Counted from the stretch's first letter, positions 14,291 through 28,487 are shown. The stretch: DNA of 64,000 nt from Octopus sinensis (GCF_006345805.1 NC_043011.1:19666464-19730463); one strand, 5' to 3'. Notes: a model not told the origin generated them from the sequence alone. Numbers and translations are program-made.

Positions 14291-15019
14291 TATAATACTT
14301 CTGAAAGTCTAAGTTGGCAGCATTTGAAATCAAAACGCAGAATAGCGGACCCAATACGGCAAGGCTTTCTCTCTAAATTCTAACAACATTGTCAATTCGT
14401 TGAGATATATATAAAAGTGACAGAAAGGACATGCATGTCACATTGCCCGAATATTACATTTGAAAGTGATAAATAGTTACTGGCAATGTTAACGATATCT
14501 TGTAAAATTTTATAGTGGATGCCAAGTAAAAGTCGTTTGTAATATTCTGCTGGGAATGAAAGCCTCGTGTTTTCGGTTTAACATTAAACAAAATGTTGCT
14601 CTGTAGCCAATAGTGGTAAACTGGTATCACGCAGCGACAAAATCTAATGAACATGTGAACCGACAAATTCAATATATGCTTATAACGTATTATTTTTCAA
14701 TGATGTGGACAATGATCATGACACTATCAGCTTTCTGTCACAGGCTTTCATAATATCCAGTACAATACTTCATTTTTAGCTACTCTGTTCATTTTGTTTT
14801 GCTTCGGCAATGTCTAATAAAAATTGAATCTGGGTAGCATATAAATACTATTAGTAAGTACAGTCCAAATTGTTCCCAATAGGGCAAATGGCCTCTATTG
14901 AACACAATTACCGAGCTTAAGCTCAAATTCATATAAGGAAACCATTTTCAAACAATATAGATATTCATATATACCTAGATATATACATACATATATGTAC
15001 ATCGATACATAATAAAACC

Positions 15020-15470
<451 letters not shown>

Positions 15471-15504
15471 GTATATATATATGTATATGCATATATGTAT
15501 GTAA

Positions 15505-15555
<51 letters not shown>

Positions 15556-15752
15556 ATATATATATATGTGTGTATATATGTGAGTTAATAGTTAAAATAA
15601 CCGGCTAAGGAATAGCAATGCCCATTATACTACCGGTATATTTCCTATGTTTTACCATGGGCATACATATGCAAGCATATTATGCTCGTAAATTTTAGGT
15701 AAAGACAAGGATAAACATGAGAGTATTATGAATCAAAATTTGAAGAAAATAG

Positions 15753-15876
15753 GAAATGGAGAAATATCAGTGATCAACAATTGACTTACATCAATTATCA
15801 TTTATTATGTATTAATTATTTATAATAAATAATAATTGATGTAAGTCAATTTTTGTTCATCAATATTTCTCCATTT
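15753..15876. repeat. Imperfect inverted repeat / small MITE-like hairpin
   Basis: Arms about 15753-15808 and 15822-15876 including a perfect 18-bp TTGACTTACATCAATTAT / ATAATTGATGTAAGTCAA. Confidence 0.7.
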
Positions 15877-16062
15877 TCTGCTTTCTTTATATGTATAATT
15901 ACTTGTAACAAAAGTTGGGATGCATGGCATTCAGTTATTCCATAAATGAAAAATACCATCGATGTATGAAATTCCTAATCTTATCGTTGAGGGCATGAAA
16001 CCAGTTATTAGTACTTTTCGGTCGATAACTGACGAAGTATTAGGGTTGTGGTGTCTCTCCTA

Positions 16063-16107
<45 letters not shown>

Positions 16108-16399
16108 CATATCTATATACGTCTGTATATATTAATGCGTCTTTGTGTCTGTGTTTGTCCCCCCACCATCGCTTGACGACCGATATTGGTGTGTTTACGT
16201 CCCCGTAATTTGGCAGTTCGGCAAAAGAGACTAAGAGAATAAGAACCAGGCTTACAAAGAATAACTCCTGGGGGGAACGGTTTCTTCGACTAAAAGGCGG
16301 TGGCCCAGCATGCCCACAGTCAAGCGACTGAGACTAATGAAAGAATTAGTCGGTTTCAGATGCTGGCTAACCATAATTGCCCGTATGTAGTACTCGATC

Positions 16400-17200
16400 T
16401 TACAGTGAATTGTTAGGTCCTGATACCACTATTTAAAAAGGAAATTACTAAAAGCTACAAAGTCACAAATCCCAGCAACCTAACACAACTTAACTTGCAA
16501 GACAAATCTATTATAAAAAGATATAGAGTAGATGATAAAACAGAACTCTACGAGCCTAAAACCCGTAGCATTGATCTTAAGGACCATAAACCAAACATTA
16601 GCATTAACCCTACAATTAGACTCATATACCCCCTAAGACGGACCTAGGTGGGATAATCAAACGTACAATAGATAGGTACACACCCTTACGAGGTTATTGA
16701 CTCTTTTAGTAATCTCCCTAATAAAAGAAAACATGATTCATACAAATAATTTTTTCAAACTATTACGACTCTATTTACCCAATCCTCCTAAATAAGGCAC
16801 CAATTTTTGCTATGAAAATCTCAGCACGAACTACAGAAAAGATAGATTTTATTTTAACGGCTAGAAATCAATGATCAAATGCGAGGGAAAGCACTGGTTT
16901 AGAACGGTTAGACCGGAGATGCTTGATATAACTATGAAATCGAGTTAAGACTAAGTAGGAATTTATAGATTATTTAGCTTAAACAAGGAATTCCCCGAAA
17001 TAGGAGGGGTTTCTATATAGGGATGATGCCATTTTCATCCTGGCCAATTCTTCAAACCTAAAGATAGGTATATGCAGAAACTTTTTTTAAAATTATTTTT
17101 AAGAACATAGGACTTTCCATATCAACATACGAGGAACATAACTCTGCTAACAAGGCTGCATTAGTGGCACTAAAGATGCTTAAAAAATAAAGTCACCAAT
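16400..17200 (+). mobile_element. Decayed Naiad-type Penelope-like RT fragment
   Basis: Encodes LKDHKPNISINPTIRLI, the TLKDHK..F...P..RLI motif also seen in the 36.8-41 kb element. Confidence 0.6.
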
Positions 17201-18468
17201 TGCTTAAGTCCTTAAGGGCAAAAAGACTCCCCCTTCTATGTAAAGAATTCTTGTATATTGGAAGGCCACTTTTCTTTTCATCCCATGAGTTTCAATAAAA
17301 CACATATCAAGCGTTCTTTCTTTATTTCGATTCCTTAGTTTGCTCAGTCATCTAATGAATTGCAAGGTTTGTGTCAGTTGTTATTTTGTAGCATACTAAC
17401 ACAAATTGTATATAGGAGATAAACAGCATTCCCACCTTCGGCTTGGAAAACAATACACAAAAAAATCATTTCGACGTGTTTGAAAATCAATAAATTGATT
17501 TATTATATCGCAGTAGCAAGTCAGAGATGAAAGGAAAAAAATATTCAAATATAATTTTAAAGAAATTTCAAATGTCATTTTGACTATAATTGCTTTAATT
17601 CTTGTTCACGCTGTTATTGTTGTTGGTAATGATAAGGTAGTGCTCTGATGTTATTAATGTTGCTATTGCTGCTAATATTCTTTTCCATATAGACAGAGAT
17701 TGAATTTTCGTGATTTTGTTAATAGCTGGGTTGATGTTTATGTTAATATTACTGTTTTGGTTTTGCTTTTTTTATTGTTTCTTATTAACATTATATAATT
17801 AGAAAATCTGCTTTGGAGTGTTATTGTTAATTATGCATTCAAATAAGCATTGAGATAATTAGCAATTTTAACATAAATGATAAATGAAATTTTAATTATC
17901 AATTCGAGATCACTTTTACGAATCTCTAGAATAAAATTATATTTGTTTTCTTTTGAATCTCATTCCCAGTTGATTATTTTTGTCTGTATTTTTTAAATAG
18001 CATTATGGAGGTAAACAATCAACAGGACACATAATACTAACGTTTCAAATCTAGGAATAAATAGGAAAAAAGCTAAAGAACCTACATAAATTCATATAAT
18101 CGTAATAAAATATTTATTGCAAAATGCCGATATTTACAACACAGAATGGACAGCATTGGGAAACAGTTAAATACATTTATGATCTGAGTTCAAGCACTGC
18201 AAGGAACTACTTTGGTCCTATTTGTGTAGTACAGATAATATCACGAATGAAGTAGGGGCAGCTGAACCCGCCCCAAAATTCGTAGCGTTGCGACGTAGTC
18301 TGAAACTGAAGCCTTAGCAAGTCACCTGATATTTGGGTACCTCATGTGTATTCAAATATATTACGAGTAAAGTAAAGTATGTGAAAGTTATTCCTCGTGT
18401 ACGTGAATCAACTGATGTCCCATAGGGCAATGTGGATCACTGATTCGTATGTTTTTATTTGCACTCAC

Positions 18469-18727
18469 TCTGGGTTTGTGAATTCTAAATCATATATAAA
18501 GGTGAAATGATCGCAAGACAATTCCACTCTTCCTCTTGACCGTAATAGCTTCATCAACTTCAGTCGAGAGTACCTTGCATCATAACCAACATATTCAAAT
18601 ATAGATTCTTGTGAGATGAATACAAGAGCATATCCATTGCTTGAGTAATACATATGGGGTACAAATATATGTTTTTTATAATTTAAGTAGACACTTCTAT
18701 AAGTCGATATGTATTTCTTGCCTATCC
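18469..18727 (-). CDS. Candidate internal coding exon, CUB-like C-terminal motif
   Basis: Acceptor TTTTACCTGTCAG| and donor AGA|GTGAGT bound 259 nt that are open throughout (phase 1 to 2): IGKKY...PHMYYSSNGYALVFISQESIFEYVGYDARYS...ELSCDHFTF; resembles CUB SS.N.L.V.F.SD.S...GF.A.YS. Confidence 0.4.
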
Positions 18728-19332
18728 CTGACAGGTAAAATATATAAGTGACAGTGCAAAATTATTTTTCTAAGGGTGGTAACGTGGCGTAACGGCAGAG
18801 AGTTTGATATACCGGACCATATATGATTACTGCGAATCTTCTTTCGAAAACTGCAAGTTGATAAAACACACAATTAAAGTGAGTTGAAGTTCAATAGCTG
18901 AATTTCTAAAAAAAAAAAAATTATGGCCACAACCTCTATCTGTGGCCAATAATATAACGAGAAAATAGAAGAACATGTGATTATTACATAACCAAATTCG
19001 AGAACAGTTATTTCACTTCGCCAGACTATGTATTTCTCGAGACCTTTTACAACGGTACATTCCTTTCTCAGCCATGTTAAACGTACGATTAAAAATGAAG
19101 TACGCTGTCCCAAAACAACAATTTTGGAAAAGAGGGTGAAAGACTATGGCCCAGATATTCTTTGATATTTAATCCATATGAAAAGCTTAACTCCAAATTT
19201 GTACTATAGTATTGTTATTACAAAACACTGGTTAGAAATGTATTATATAAATTTCGTATACACTCTTGCAGTATCTGGAGACCTCAGACATTTAATTCTG
19301 TATGGCAGGGCATTGATTTCAAAATTACACTT

Positions 19333-19540
19333 CTACACGAGCCTAAAACCCCGTAGGATTAATCTTAAGGACCATAAACCAAACATTAGCACTAACCCTA
19401 CAATTAGACTCATATAGCCTCTAAGACGGACCTAGGCAGGATAATCAAACATACCATAGATAAGTACATACCCTTACGAGGATATTGACTGTTTCAGTAA
19501 TCTCCCTAATAAAAGAAAACTTGATTCATGCAAATAATTA
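19333..19540 (+). mobile_element. Second copy of the decayed Naiad-type RT fragment
   Basis: Aligns by eye to about 16547-16750; ORF 19178-19417 ends LKDHKPNISTNPTIRLI. Confidence 0.6.
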
Positions 19541-20092
19541 TTTGCCCTTTACACGGTATACCGAGTGGCCTCCGCAGATGGCTGTGGAGGTCGTGAGGTT
19601 TCCCTTGTGGGAAAGGCTTAAAGGATTTGGGGAGAAGTGTCGCATATGGCCGGTGTGGCACTTATACAACTTGCATGTCCTACATGAGTGAGGCATGGGA
19701 AATGGCGGGATACAGGAAGTCAAGCGGCATTGAAGATAATGATGAATATATCGGTGGACATATCGATGTGTAGGAGGTGAAAAAGCCTCGTAAGAGGGTT
19801 TGAAACCTCAACTTATTGAATTATTGGTAGTGGTTTATATCCTCAATTGTGTGTTTTTAAAAATGTTATGTAAGAGGTTTTGGTGCCTCCTTCTTGTAAG
19901 AGGTTTGAAACCGCATATTGATTTTTTAAAAGAAGAAAATATTTTTTCGAGAAAAATCCAGTCGGCGGGTGTTAGGTTTCGTCTCTCGTTTATTCATTTT
20001 ATTTCATTTTCATTCATTAATGTGTTTGTCCAGCCCGCAAAGTTACACAATCTTTGTTCTTTCTATATGACAAATTTTATGAAATAAAGTAT

Positions 20093-20227
20093 CTTGCTTA
20101 CCAACCACATAGTTCCGGGTTCAGTCCCGCTGCGTGACACCTTCGGTAAGTGTCTTCTACTCTAGCCTCGGGCCGACCAAAGACTTGTGAGTAGATTTGA
20201 TAAACAGAAATTGAAAGTATCCCGTAG

Positions 20228-20272
<45 letters not shown>

Positions 20273-20470
20273 GTGTGTGTGTTTGTGTTGTGTTTGCCCC
20301 TCCTCCAACATCACTTGATGTCTGATGCTGGTGTGTTTATCTCCCTATAACTTAGCAAATCGACAAAAAGAGACCGGTAGAATAAGACCTGGGGTCGATT
20401 TGCTCGACTAAAAGGTGGTGCTCCAGCATGGCTGCAGTCAAATGACTGAAACAGGTAAAAGAATAAAAGC
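20093..20470 (+). mobile_element. tRNA-derived SINE, family B
   Basis: Body and tail match 13876-14290. Confidence 0.8.
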
Positions 20471-21850
20471 ATATTACTCATTTATTGAAGAAAAAATTAC
20501 TTTGTAAATTTCATTTTGTATTGTAATCTAATAATATTCGTAGACTAAAGCCATAAATAGCTATTTTGTTTACACTTTGTATACTCTAAAATATTTCATT
20601 TGATCCAAATTTTAGAAGAGACTTAGGAAACGTAGCTATAAGGTGTCACACTTCCAAATAAAGGAACTATGGCTCGTAACCTGTAAATGAAGAGTGATTT
20701 ATGTCTTATGTCTTCAAACACGGTACTTAATCGGAATTAGCTAAATCAGATGATTTTCAATGCTGTTTTGAGACTAATTGCTTTCAGTTTACTAAATGCC
20801 TATATTTATTTTATCATGTTTTTTCTTTTCTAAACATCAGGTACTCGTATCAAACTAAGGTATCATTATTGAATCTTCTGGGCTTTTATCCCAGTGGAGA
20901 CGTTAAAAAAACATACCTGTGATGCACAAAGATAATAAAATCTATGAACTCATCTCTTTAAAACTTATGATATTATAACCGTGTCAGAAATAATTTACAA
21001 TTAGGACAGATTCTTCCGTTGTATGTTTGCAAGAGAATAAGTAGATATATTTGCAAGTGTCTATTAAAACTACGTTAAAGAGATAGAACAGAAATAGGTT
21101 TTATGCTTTTACACTATTTCTTATTTTATTTCCTAACAGAATATTATTGAAATTACGCTTCTCACTATACTTGTCTGAAATCATAAATTATAAATTCGAG
21201 TGTAAATATTTAGAATATTTTAATGACATTCATCACTTAGTGCCAGACAGTTGGTCGTGTTTTACAACTTTTGTTTAGCTAATACAATATTTCGGTAAAA
21301 TTATCTCAATGTGAACATTTCTTCTATCACAACAGGTTTACAACATTTAGCTTAGTATTACATCGGAATACCTATAAAAATCACTTCAAATTGTATTATA
21401 TCTTACTATGAAATAAATAGAAATACTAAAATTATTCTCGTCATGTTTTACTTAGATGCAACCTATTCTCATGAAAGAAACAACCTCTTGTTTAGCCTAG
21501 TGTTCAAGCGATTGAAGACTAAGAAAAATGGTGGTCGTTTAAGCTTTGATTTCATATTACGCAATGACTGAATAGGTGGACAGTGTTACCATAATTATCA
21601 CCAAAATGCACACAAATATAAGCCTTTTATTCCTAACCAGGGGAAGATGATGGAATAATGATTTTATTATTGAGAAATAGTTGATTACTAATTTCAAAAT
21701 AATCACATGGAGAATGGAACTCCGAAAATAGCGAAGACAAACTAAAATACCCAAAGCCATTTTTCTTAGTTTGAACCAGGTTCTTACGTGCTAATTGATG
21801 TAATTGTGTGTGTCTGCATTATCCAAAATTTTATATATATATATATATGA

Positions 21851-21884
<34 letters not shown>

Positions 21885-21902
21885 ATATATATACATATAT
21901 AT

Positions 21903-23103
21903 ATACTCGCGATACAAGAGCAAACAATTCACGAGAAAAAATAATCCCGAAAAATTTATTCTCTAATATATTATTAATTCTGTTATTATCTGATATGACA
22001 ATTTTTAAAAATGATAATAAGTGAATGAAGAATATAGGAAATTGCAGGCACAAGTAAAGCATTAAATATCTGAAGAATTAAAATTAATCAAAGGACATAC
22101 TAAGTATGTCTACATGCTAGAAATAACAGTGAAAACTCTTATTAAAATCGCCAAATATACACTGATGGTAACTACAGAAACTAACCGAAAGCAGATCAGG
22201 TTAATAAAATCTCCTAACGTACACTTAAGTATTTGGATCCACGTGACCGATTTCTGCACTGGCAAAAACATCGCCTCAGCTTCTTCAGCACGCGTTACCA
22301 TGATAGAAACCCCCAAACTATCGTATTGAAGTCTGCGCTGCAATTGATTCGTTTTGGGTTGGAAATCAATTCCAGTCACCAGTTAGAAAATACTCTTGAT
22401 ACAAGGGCAAACAATTCATGAGAAAAAATAATTCCCCAAAATTAATTTGCTAAGATATTAATTTTGATATTATTATAGTGTGACTATTTTTTAAAAAACG
22501 ATAATGACAGAATCAATAATATAGGTGATTGCAGGCCCAATAAAAACATTAAATTCCTGAAGGATTAAAATTCATCAAAGGACATAATAATTATATCCCC
22601 CTGCAGGAAATAACAGTCAAATCTCTTATTTAAATCGCCAAAAATACACTGATGATAAAGACAGAAATCAAACGGCAGCATATTCTGTTATCCTCTTTTA
22701 AAATAGTCATACTAGATAATAGCAAAAATTGATAACATCTTTGAAAATTAATTTTTCGGCAATTATTTTTTCTCGTGAATTGTTTGCCCTTGTATCAAAA
22801 GTATTTCCTCACTGGTAGCTGGAATTGATTTCAGCGCAAAACGAATCAGTTGCGGCGCAGACTTCAATACGATAGGTTGGGGGTGGTTCTATCATGGTAA
22901 CGCGTGCTGAAGAAGCTAAGGCGATTTTTACCAATGTAGAAACCGCTCAACGTGAGTCCAAATACTTAAATGTATATTTGTAGATTTTATTAACCTGATC
23001 TGCTTTCGGTTGATATCTGTAGTTATCAGTGTATTTTTGGCAATTTCAATAAGAGTTTCCACTATTATTTTCAGCATGTAGGCATACTTACTATGTCCTT
23101 TTA
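21903..23103. repeat. 487-bp repeat: about 1.6 direct copies followed by an inverted copy
   Basis: ATACTC..GATACAAG.GCAAACAATTCA recurs at 21903 and 22390; about 22697-23103 is the reverse complement of about 22085-22495. Confidence 0.85.
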
Positions 23104-23124
23104 TTAATTATATGTGTATATATA

Positions 23125-23401
23125 AGGGGAATGATCACTAAGTAGACATCCGTTATGCTAGATATAGACCCCTTATGGGCTGACCACTAGGAAAAGATTT
23201 TTCTGAAAAAAATTCAGCAAAACGCTAGAACGTGAGCGAACAAGACAAAGGAAAAGACAGAAAATATAAAGATTACACAAACCCGATTTCGTTGTTACCA
23301 CTTACGTAATACTTACGTAAACGCCTGCAATTCATCAGTGTGATCGTCAGTGTGGGGTCTACATCTAGCATAATGGATGTCCACTTAGTGGTCATCCCAC
23401 T
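23125..23401. mobile_element. MITE with about 50-bp TIRs flanked by TA
   Basis: Left TAAGGGGAATGATCACTAAGTAGACATCCGTTATGCTAGATATAGACCCC versus reverse complement of right TAAGTGGGATGACCACTAAGTGGACATCCATTATGCTAGATGTAGACCCC. Confidence 0.8.
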
Positions 23402-23643
23402 TATATATATATGTAATATAATTTTTCTGAATCTTCAGATAAAGCTATAAGGTGTTATTCAGGAATTCAACTTTGAGCCCTGCTTCGATATTGAGGGTAA
23501 TGATATCATATTAAAGCCAATCTTTCTGAATCGTACGGTGGTATGGAAGTCCTGTATCCGTGGAACAGCTGTAAACTAATGAAGTACGTAAGATGATTAT
23601 TTATTCCTTTATCATCTATTTTTCTATCTTTCTCCCTCTCTCG

Positions 23644-23682
<39 letters not shown>

Positions 23683-24115
23683 ATATATATATATAGATAT
23701 ATATATATGTGTGTGTCTGTGTGTGTGTGTGTGTGTATCTGAAGGACACACGAGGCGCTTACCTGCCAGAAAGTAGACTTAAGATCTTCAACTTAACCAC
23801 TGATATTATTGTTGTTATTGTTGTTATCAGTTATTGATATTTATCGCTGATGATGATGACAATTATAACATGTATATGAATATTCGCTTTTGAATATTTT
23901 GTCACTATTATATACTCATCTATCTATCTATATATATATAAACATGAATACATGAATGTATATAAAAAGCCGGGAAGTACGAAATAATCTATATTTATTC
24001 AACAACTCGTAATTCTTAGTATTTCACACAATTGATCATGTAATAATAATTTCAGTTCGTAATAAATTAGTTTACACGTCGGCAGTAATATGCACGTTAT
24101 GCACTATACAATACA

Positions 24116-24313
24116 ATTTTGTATTTATAAATCAGTGCAGATAAAGAAAGCTAGAGCATCATATCATAAATTTACTCTTCAGATATATATTTTTTTTAGA
24201 TAAAGAGTAAATTTTGTATGTACTCTTAGATTTAAGGCGTTGGTGTAACTATGATCTAGTAATCTGATGAACTATCTTTTCTCATCTGCACTGATTTGGA
24301 GATATACAATAAT
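24116..24313. mobile_element. Degenerate MITE-like element
   Basis: Imperfect termini sharing AAATCAGTGCAGAT / ATCTGCACTGATTT, plus an internal 12-bp inverted repeat AAATTTACTCTT / AAGAGTAAATTT. Confidence 0.45.
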
Positions 24314-24688
24314 ATTATATAACGCCTAGTATGCCTATTATTGCAGACATGAAAAATAATTTATTATACAGTGAAACTATTATTACATGACGAAGGTTGC
24401 AAAACGACCTTAATCCTTAAGATTACAAGTGTGTATCTAAATATTTTCACTTTTCATGACTCTGATTTTTTATTATTTGTATGGTCTATACACCATTCGT
24501 GAACTAATAGCATCGGTCGGATCTCTTGGGATTCAGCTGCATAGATTTCCGAATTTTAACCCTCTGTATTAGGTTAATATATTGCCTGACGGAGGGGTTT
24601 ACTGGGGTAGTTTTTGATGAGAACTATATGATTCTATGAATTCATATGTTACACTACATGTAAATGTACACACACACCACACACACAT

Positions 24689-24781
<93 letters not shown>

Positions 24782-24794
24782 ATATATATATATA

Positions 24795-25141
24795 TATGTA
24801 AAGGGGGTAAAGACCCCCTTCGGTCATGAGTGACCATGGGATTGCACCTAGAAAGTTACCCTCCTAGACACAAGTCCGGGCAAGGTTGTTTATGGAAGAC
24901 CAGCAGTCGCCCATGCATACCGGCCTCCCCTCTCCACGCCACCAGTGTTATCCAAGGGAAAGACAGAGGTCGATATAGCTTAGCACCTGTGACGTCGCAA
25001 CTCATTTCTACAGCAGAGTGAACTGGAGCAACGTGAAATAAAGTGTCTTGCTCAAGAACACAACACGCAGCCCGGTCCGGGATTCGAGCTCACAACCTCA
25101 CGATCGTAAGCTCGACGCTCTAACCACTGAGCCATGCGCCT
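24795..25141 (-). mobile_element. tRNA-derived SINE, family D
   Basis: Minus head AGGCGCATGGCTCAGTGGTTAGAGCG...GTTGTGAGCTCGAATCCC, followed by a conserved-domain-like GTGTTCTTGAGCAAGACACTT. Confidence 0.85.
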
Positions 25142-25195
25142 TTATATATACATATATATATATACATATACATATATATATACATATATATATAT

Positions 25196-25228
<33 letters not shown>

Positions 25229-25241
25229 CATATATATATAT

Positions 25242-25301
<60 letters not shown>

Positions 25302-27759
25302 CTTCCATTCTACAGAATCAATATACTGTTATTCGTATCTAGTTTATGGATATTTCTAGTCTTGAGACGCAAAGTGATATAATAAAACAATCAATTCAGT
25401 TTCATACTGTAAAGTTTACAATCCAACTCAGTAAAATTTGCTCTAATTTTAATATATTATTACTATATCGAAACTCTAAATCTGCTTACAAAATATAGTA
25501 ACATATGTTAGAATCAAAAGAATAAACCGTGGACTCTGAGACGGAATTCATATCTACTACTTAATGCTTAAGCACATTTATCATCATATATGAAAGTATC
25601 TCCCATTCGGTATGCAATTCATGTAATGTTAAAATACTCACATATTTTCCTAGCATTGTAAAGGAATGAATGTTGTGAAATGATAGCGAACTTCAATTAG
25701 AAGTAACTGAAAACCAGCTAAACTGGCTGATTTGTTTCTATTTCTTTTCTTTGTGCAGTATATACGAGTTTAAATTTCAAATAGTGAAAAAGATAATTTT
25801 TAATACAGCATTTTGAAATTTATGCATTTGCCCTTGAACGCGTGACTGAACTTCCATAACTTCAACTTTGTAGGTAAATCTTCACGTTTTGTTTCTCTTG
25901 TATTCAATGAAGTTCTCGTCTTATATTCTAGTCGTTGCGGCCCAACCTAAAGAAGAACCATATATATATATACATATATATATATATTTGAAATGCTGTT
26001 TGTTTAGCCCCAGATTATTCGAGTGGATTTATAGATAAATGAATACTATTTTAGTAAATCATATTATTTCCCTAAAATCAAGATTTATATTATGCATTGT
26101 GTATGTTGCATTTGTGGCATTGTCATAGTAAGAAGAGCAGTCGCAGCATTTTTCAATGAACTATTAATGGAGATTTTATGAATCACGAATTATCCTGAGG
26201 CCTGGTTCGAATACTTTTAGCAAAGGACTATGGTAAATCACCGAACAATCTGATTGTGCTGTTTAGCTGAGATCTTTAGCCATGTTTCTTTAGTTATGAC
26301 AGTCCATTGTGAATTAACTTAGCTGTAGCTGCTTTTCTAGTCGGGCCTGCGAGCTGTTCCTTCGATAAAGATATATACAAGCTTATATCTAAACATACTT
26401 ATTAAATGCCAGTTGAGATTTATTTGCCGATTTGTTCAGGTTATTATGCAATGTTAATGAGTTTTCGTATTGAATGAATAATGCTGGAGGAGGTTGTCAC
26501 AACGAGCATCAATTTAGAATATGAAATGGAGTAATTACTTCATAAAATATAATCAAGTGTTCAAATAGATTAACTTCAAATGATCAAAACGATTGCACGA
26601 AGAACCCGGGGACATTTATATAATTATATATCCATAATGCACGTTAATCCCTATCCCTGGCTTTCATTTACTATCTCACTTATTTTAACTTTGCGATTCG
26701 CTTTCTTTCATTATTTACTTATTGGACATAGAATTGCAGGCTGGTCCTCAATACCTTCTGGCAAATTACATTTCTAACCTTTATCTTTCTTACAAATGTA
26801 AATAAAGCATTAGCGCCCTGCTTCGATATTGAGGGTAATGATATCAGATTAAAGCCAATCTTTCTGAATAGTACAGTGGTATGGAAGTCCTGTATGCGTG
26901 GAACATTTGTTACAGTGGTTTATTAATACGGGATACAAGCATACGCCTACTTAAAGGTTCTTTTTAAGGATTTCTTAATAAATATTTCCAAAATCTGACA
27001 TACTCTATTTGTGTCTCGTGAGATATTGAATATTCCTTTTAAATTCCATATGATTTTCAAAACTCTGATCCTATTGTATGCAGTTCAGGCATAATGTACT
27101 TTCAGTTCAGTGTTTTACAACATTAATCCAAAGCTATATCTTTTGAAAGATTTCCGTTTACAATAACGCTGGTTTTCTTTCATTTTAATATTGATTCTCC
27201 ATGTTATAATATTTTCTTAACCTCACTTTTTGCTACTTTACATTTTATACATATCATTTTAGTAACTTCACATCTTTACAGCGAACAATGCTTTCGCATT
27301 TCGCCCTTTCAACTTTATGATTCAATAGGTCGTTTAAACTTAAGAGAATGCCTTCAAGAAATATCTTTAAGTTTCACATATAGGCTCAAAGTGTTGAGGT
27401 AATTTAAGCTGAGGATAATTCTCTATTCGTTTGCTTTGTTCCAGTGCTCATATATTTAGTTTACAATACAAACATATTCTAATACATTTCGCAGGTTCTC
27501 AACGTTGTGAAAGGTTTCCTACGGTTTTAAAAAACCTAACTAACTTTTATTCTTTTAAGTTATACTTGAGTCTATATCACGGCTGTCCATGTTCAGGATT
27601 TCCACCTCTTTCCTTATCCAATTGTTTTCTCACTACACTCACTTTCTCTCCTTAACTCAAGGTCTGTTAGAAGGCATCCACTTCTTTGACATTCTTTTCC
27701 TTGTGAGCCTTTCTTTTTAGCAATTCCCGGTCATTAATTAGCACTTCTCTCTCTATCAC

Positions 27760-27790
27760 TCTTTCTGTATATTTATATATGTATGCGTGT

Positions 27791-27832
<42 letters not shown>

Positions 27833-28120
27833 TATAATATAATATACATATATATATGTATGCATGTATATGTATGTATATATAGTATGCATATGTGTAT
27901 ATATATATGTATGTATATGTGTATATATATATGTATGTATATACATGTATATATGTATATATATACATACATATATACATGCAATTATATATATATATAT
28001 ACATGCAATTATATATATATACACATATATATATATATGCAATTATGTATATATATATATATAGATATATACATATATATACATGTAATTATATACATAT
28101 ATATATATATATATATAGAC
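27760..28120. repeat. Degenerate (TA)n/(ATATGT)n array
   Basis: Direct. Confidence 0.9.
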
Positions 28121-28451
28121 ATATTGGAACCACTTCATATTAATTAGGAGCATTTAAGAGCTTCTTCAGCTTCTTATTGAGATACTTGACCCCAAATATC
28201 TACCATGTTTCCCCGATTATTCTATAATGACTTTCCTTCTGTAAGCATGTATCGCATTCGACATAACTATGCATTCGTGAAGTAGACTTTCAAGGAGAAT
28301 GAAATAACCCGCAGTTTCTGAAAAATAATTGTAATAGATAAATTCAAGTTTTATTTTGTTTAGTAATTTATATTTCACAGAGGAAACTACTGCTATTAAC
28401 ATATTTTAAAATATAAATGTGTGTATGTACATACACGCATGCATGAATGTA

Positions 28452-28487
<36 letters not shown>

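Noticed and set aside
14454-14672. 72-aa minus ORF as the next exon after 18469
   Set aside because: The phase is compatible but the acceptor is weak and there is no domain similarity; unsupported.
19765-19920. Twice-repeated GTAAGAGG(G)TTTGAAACC hairpin-GAAA motif resembling a hammerhead
   Set aside because: No acceptable core, stem I or stem III could be built.
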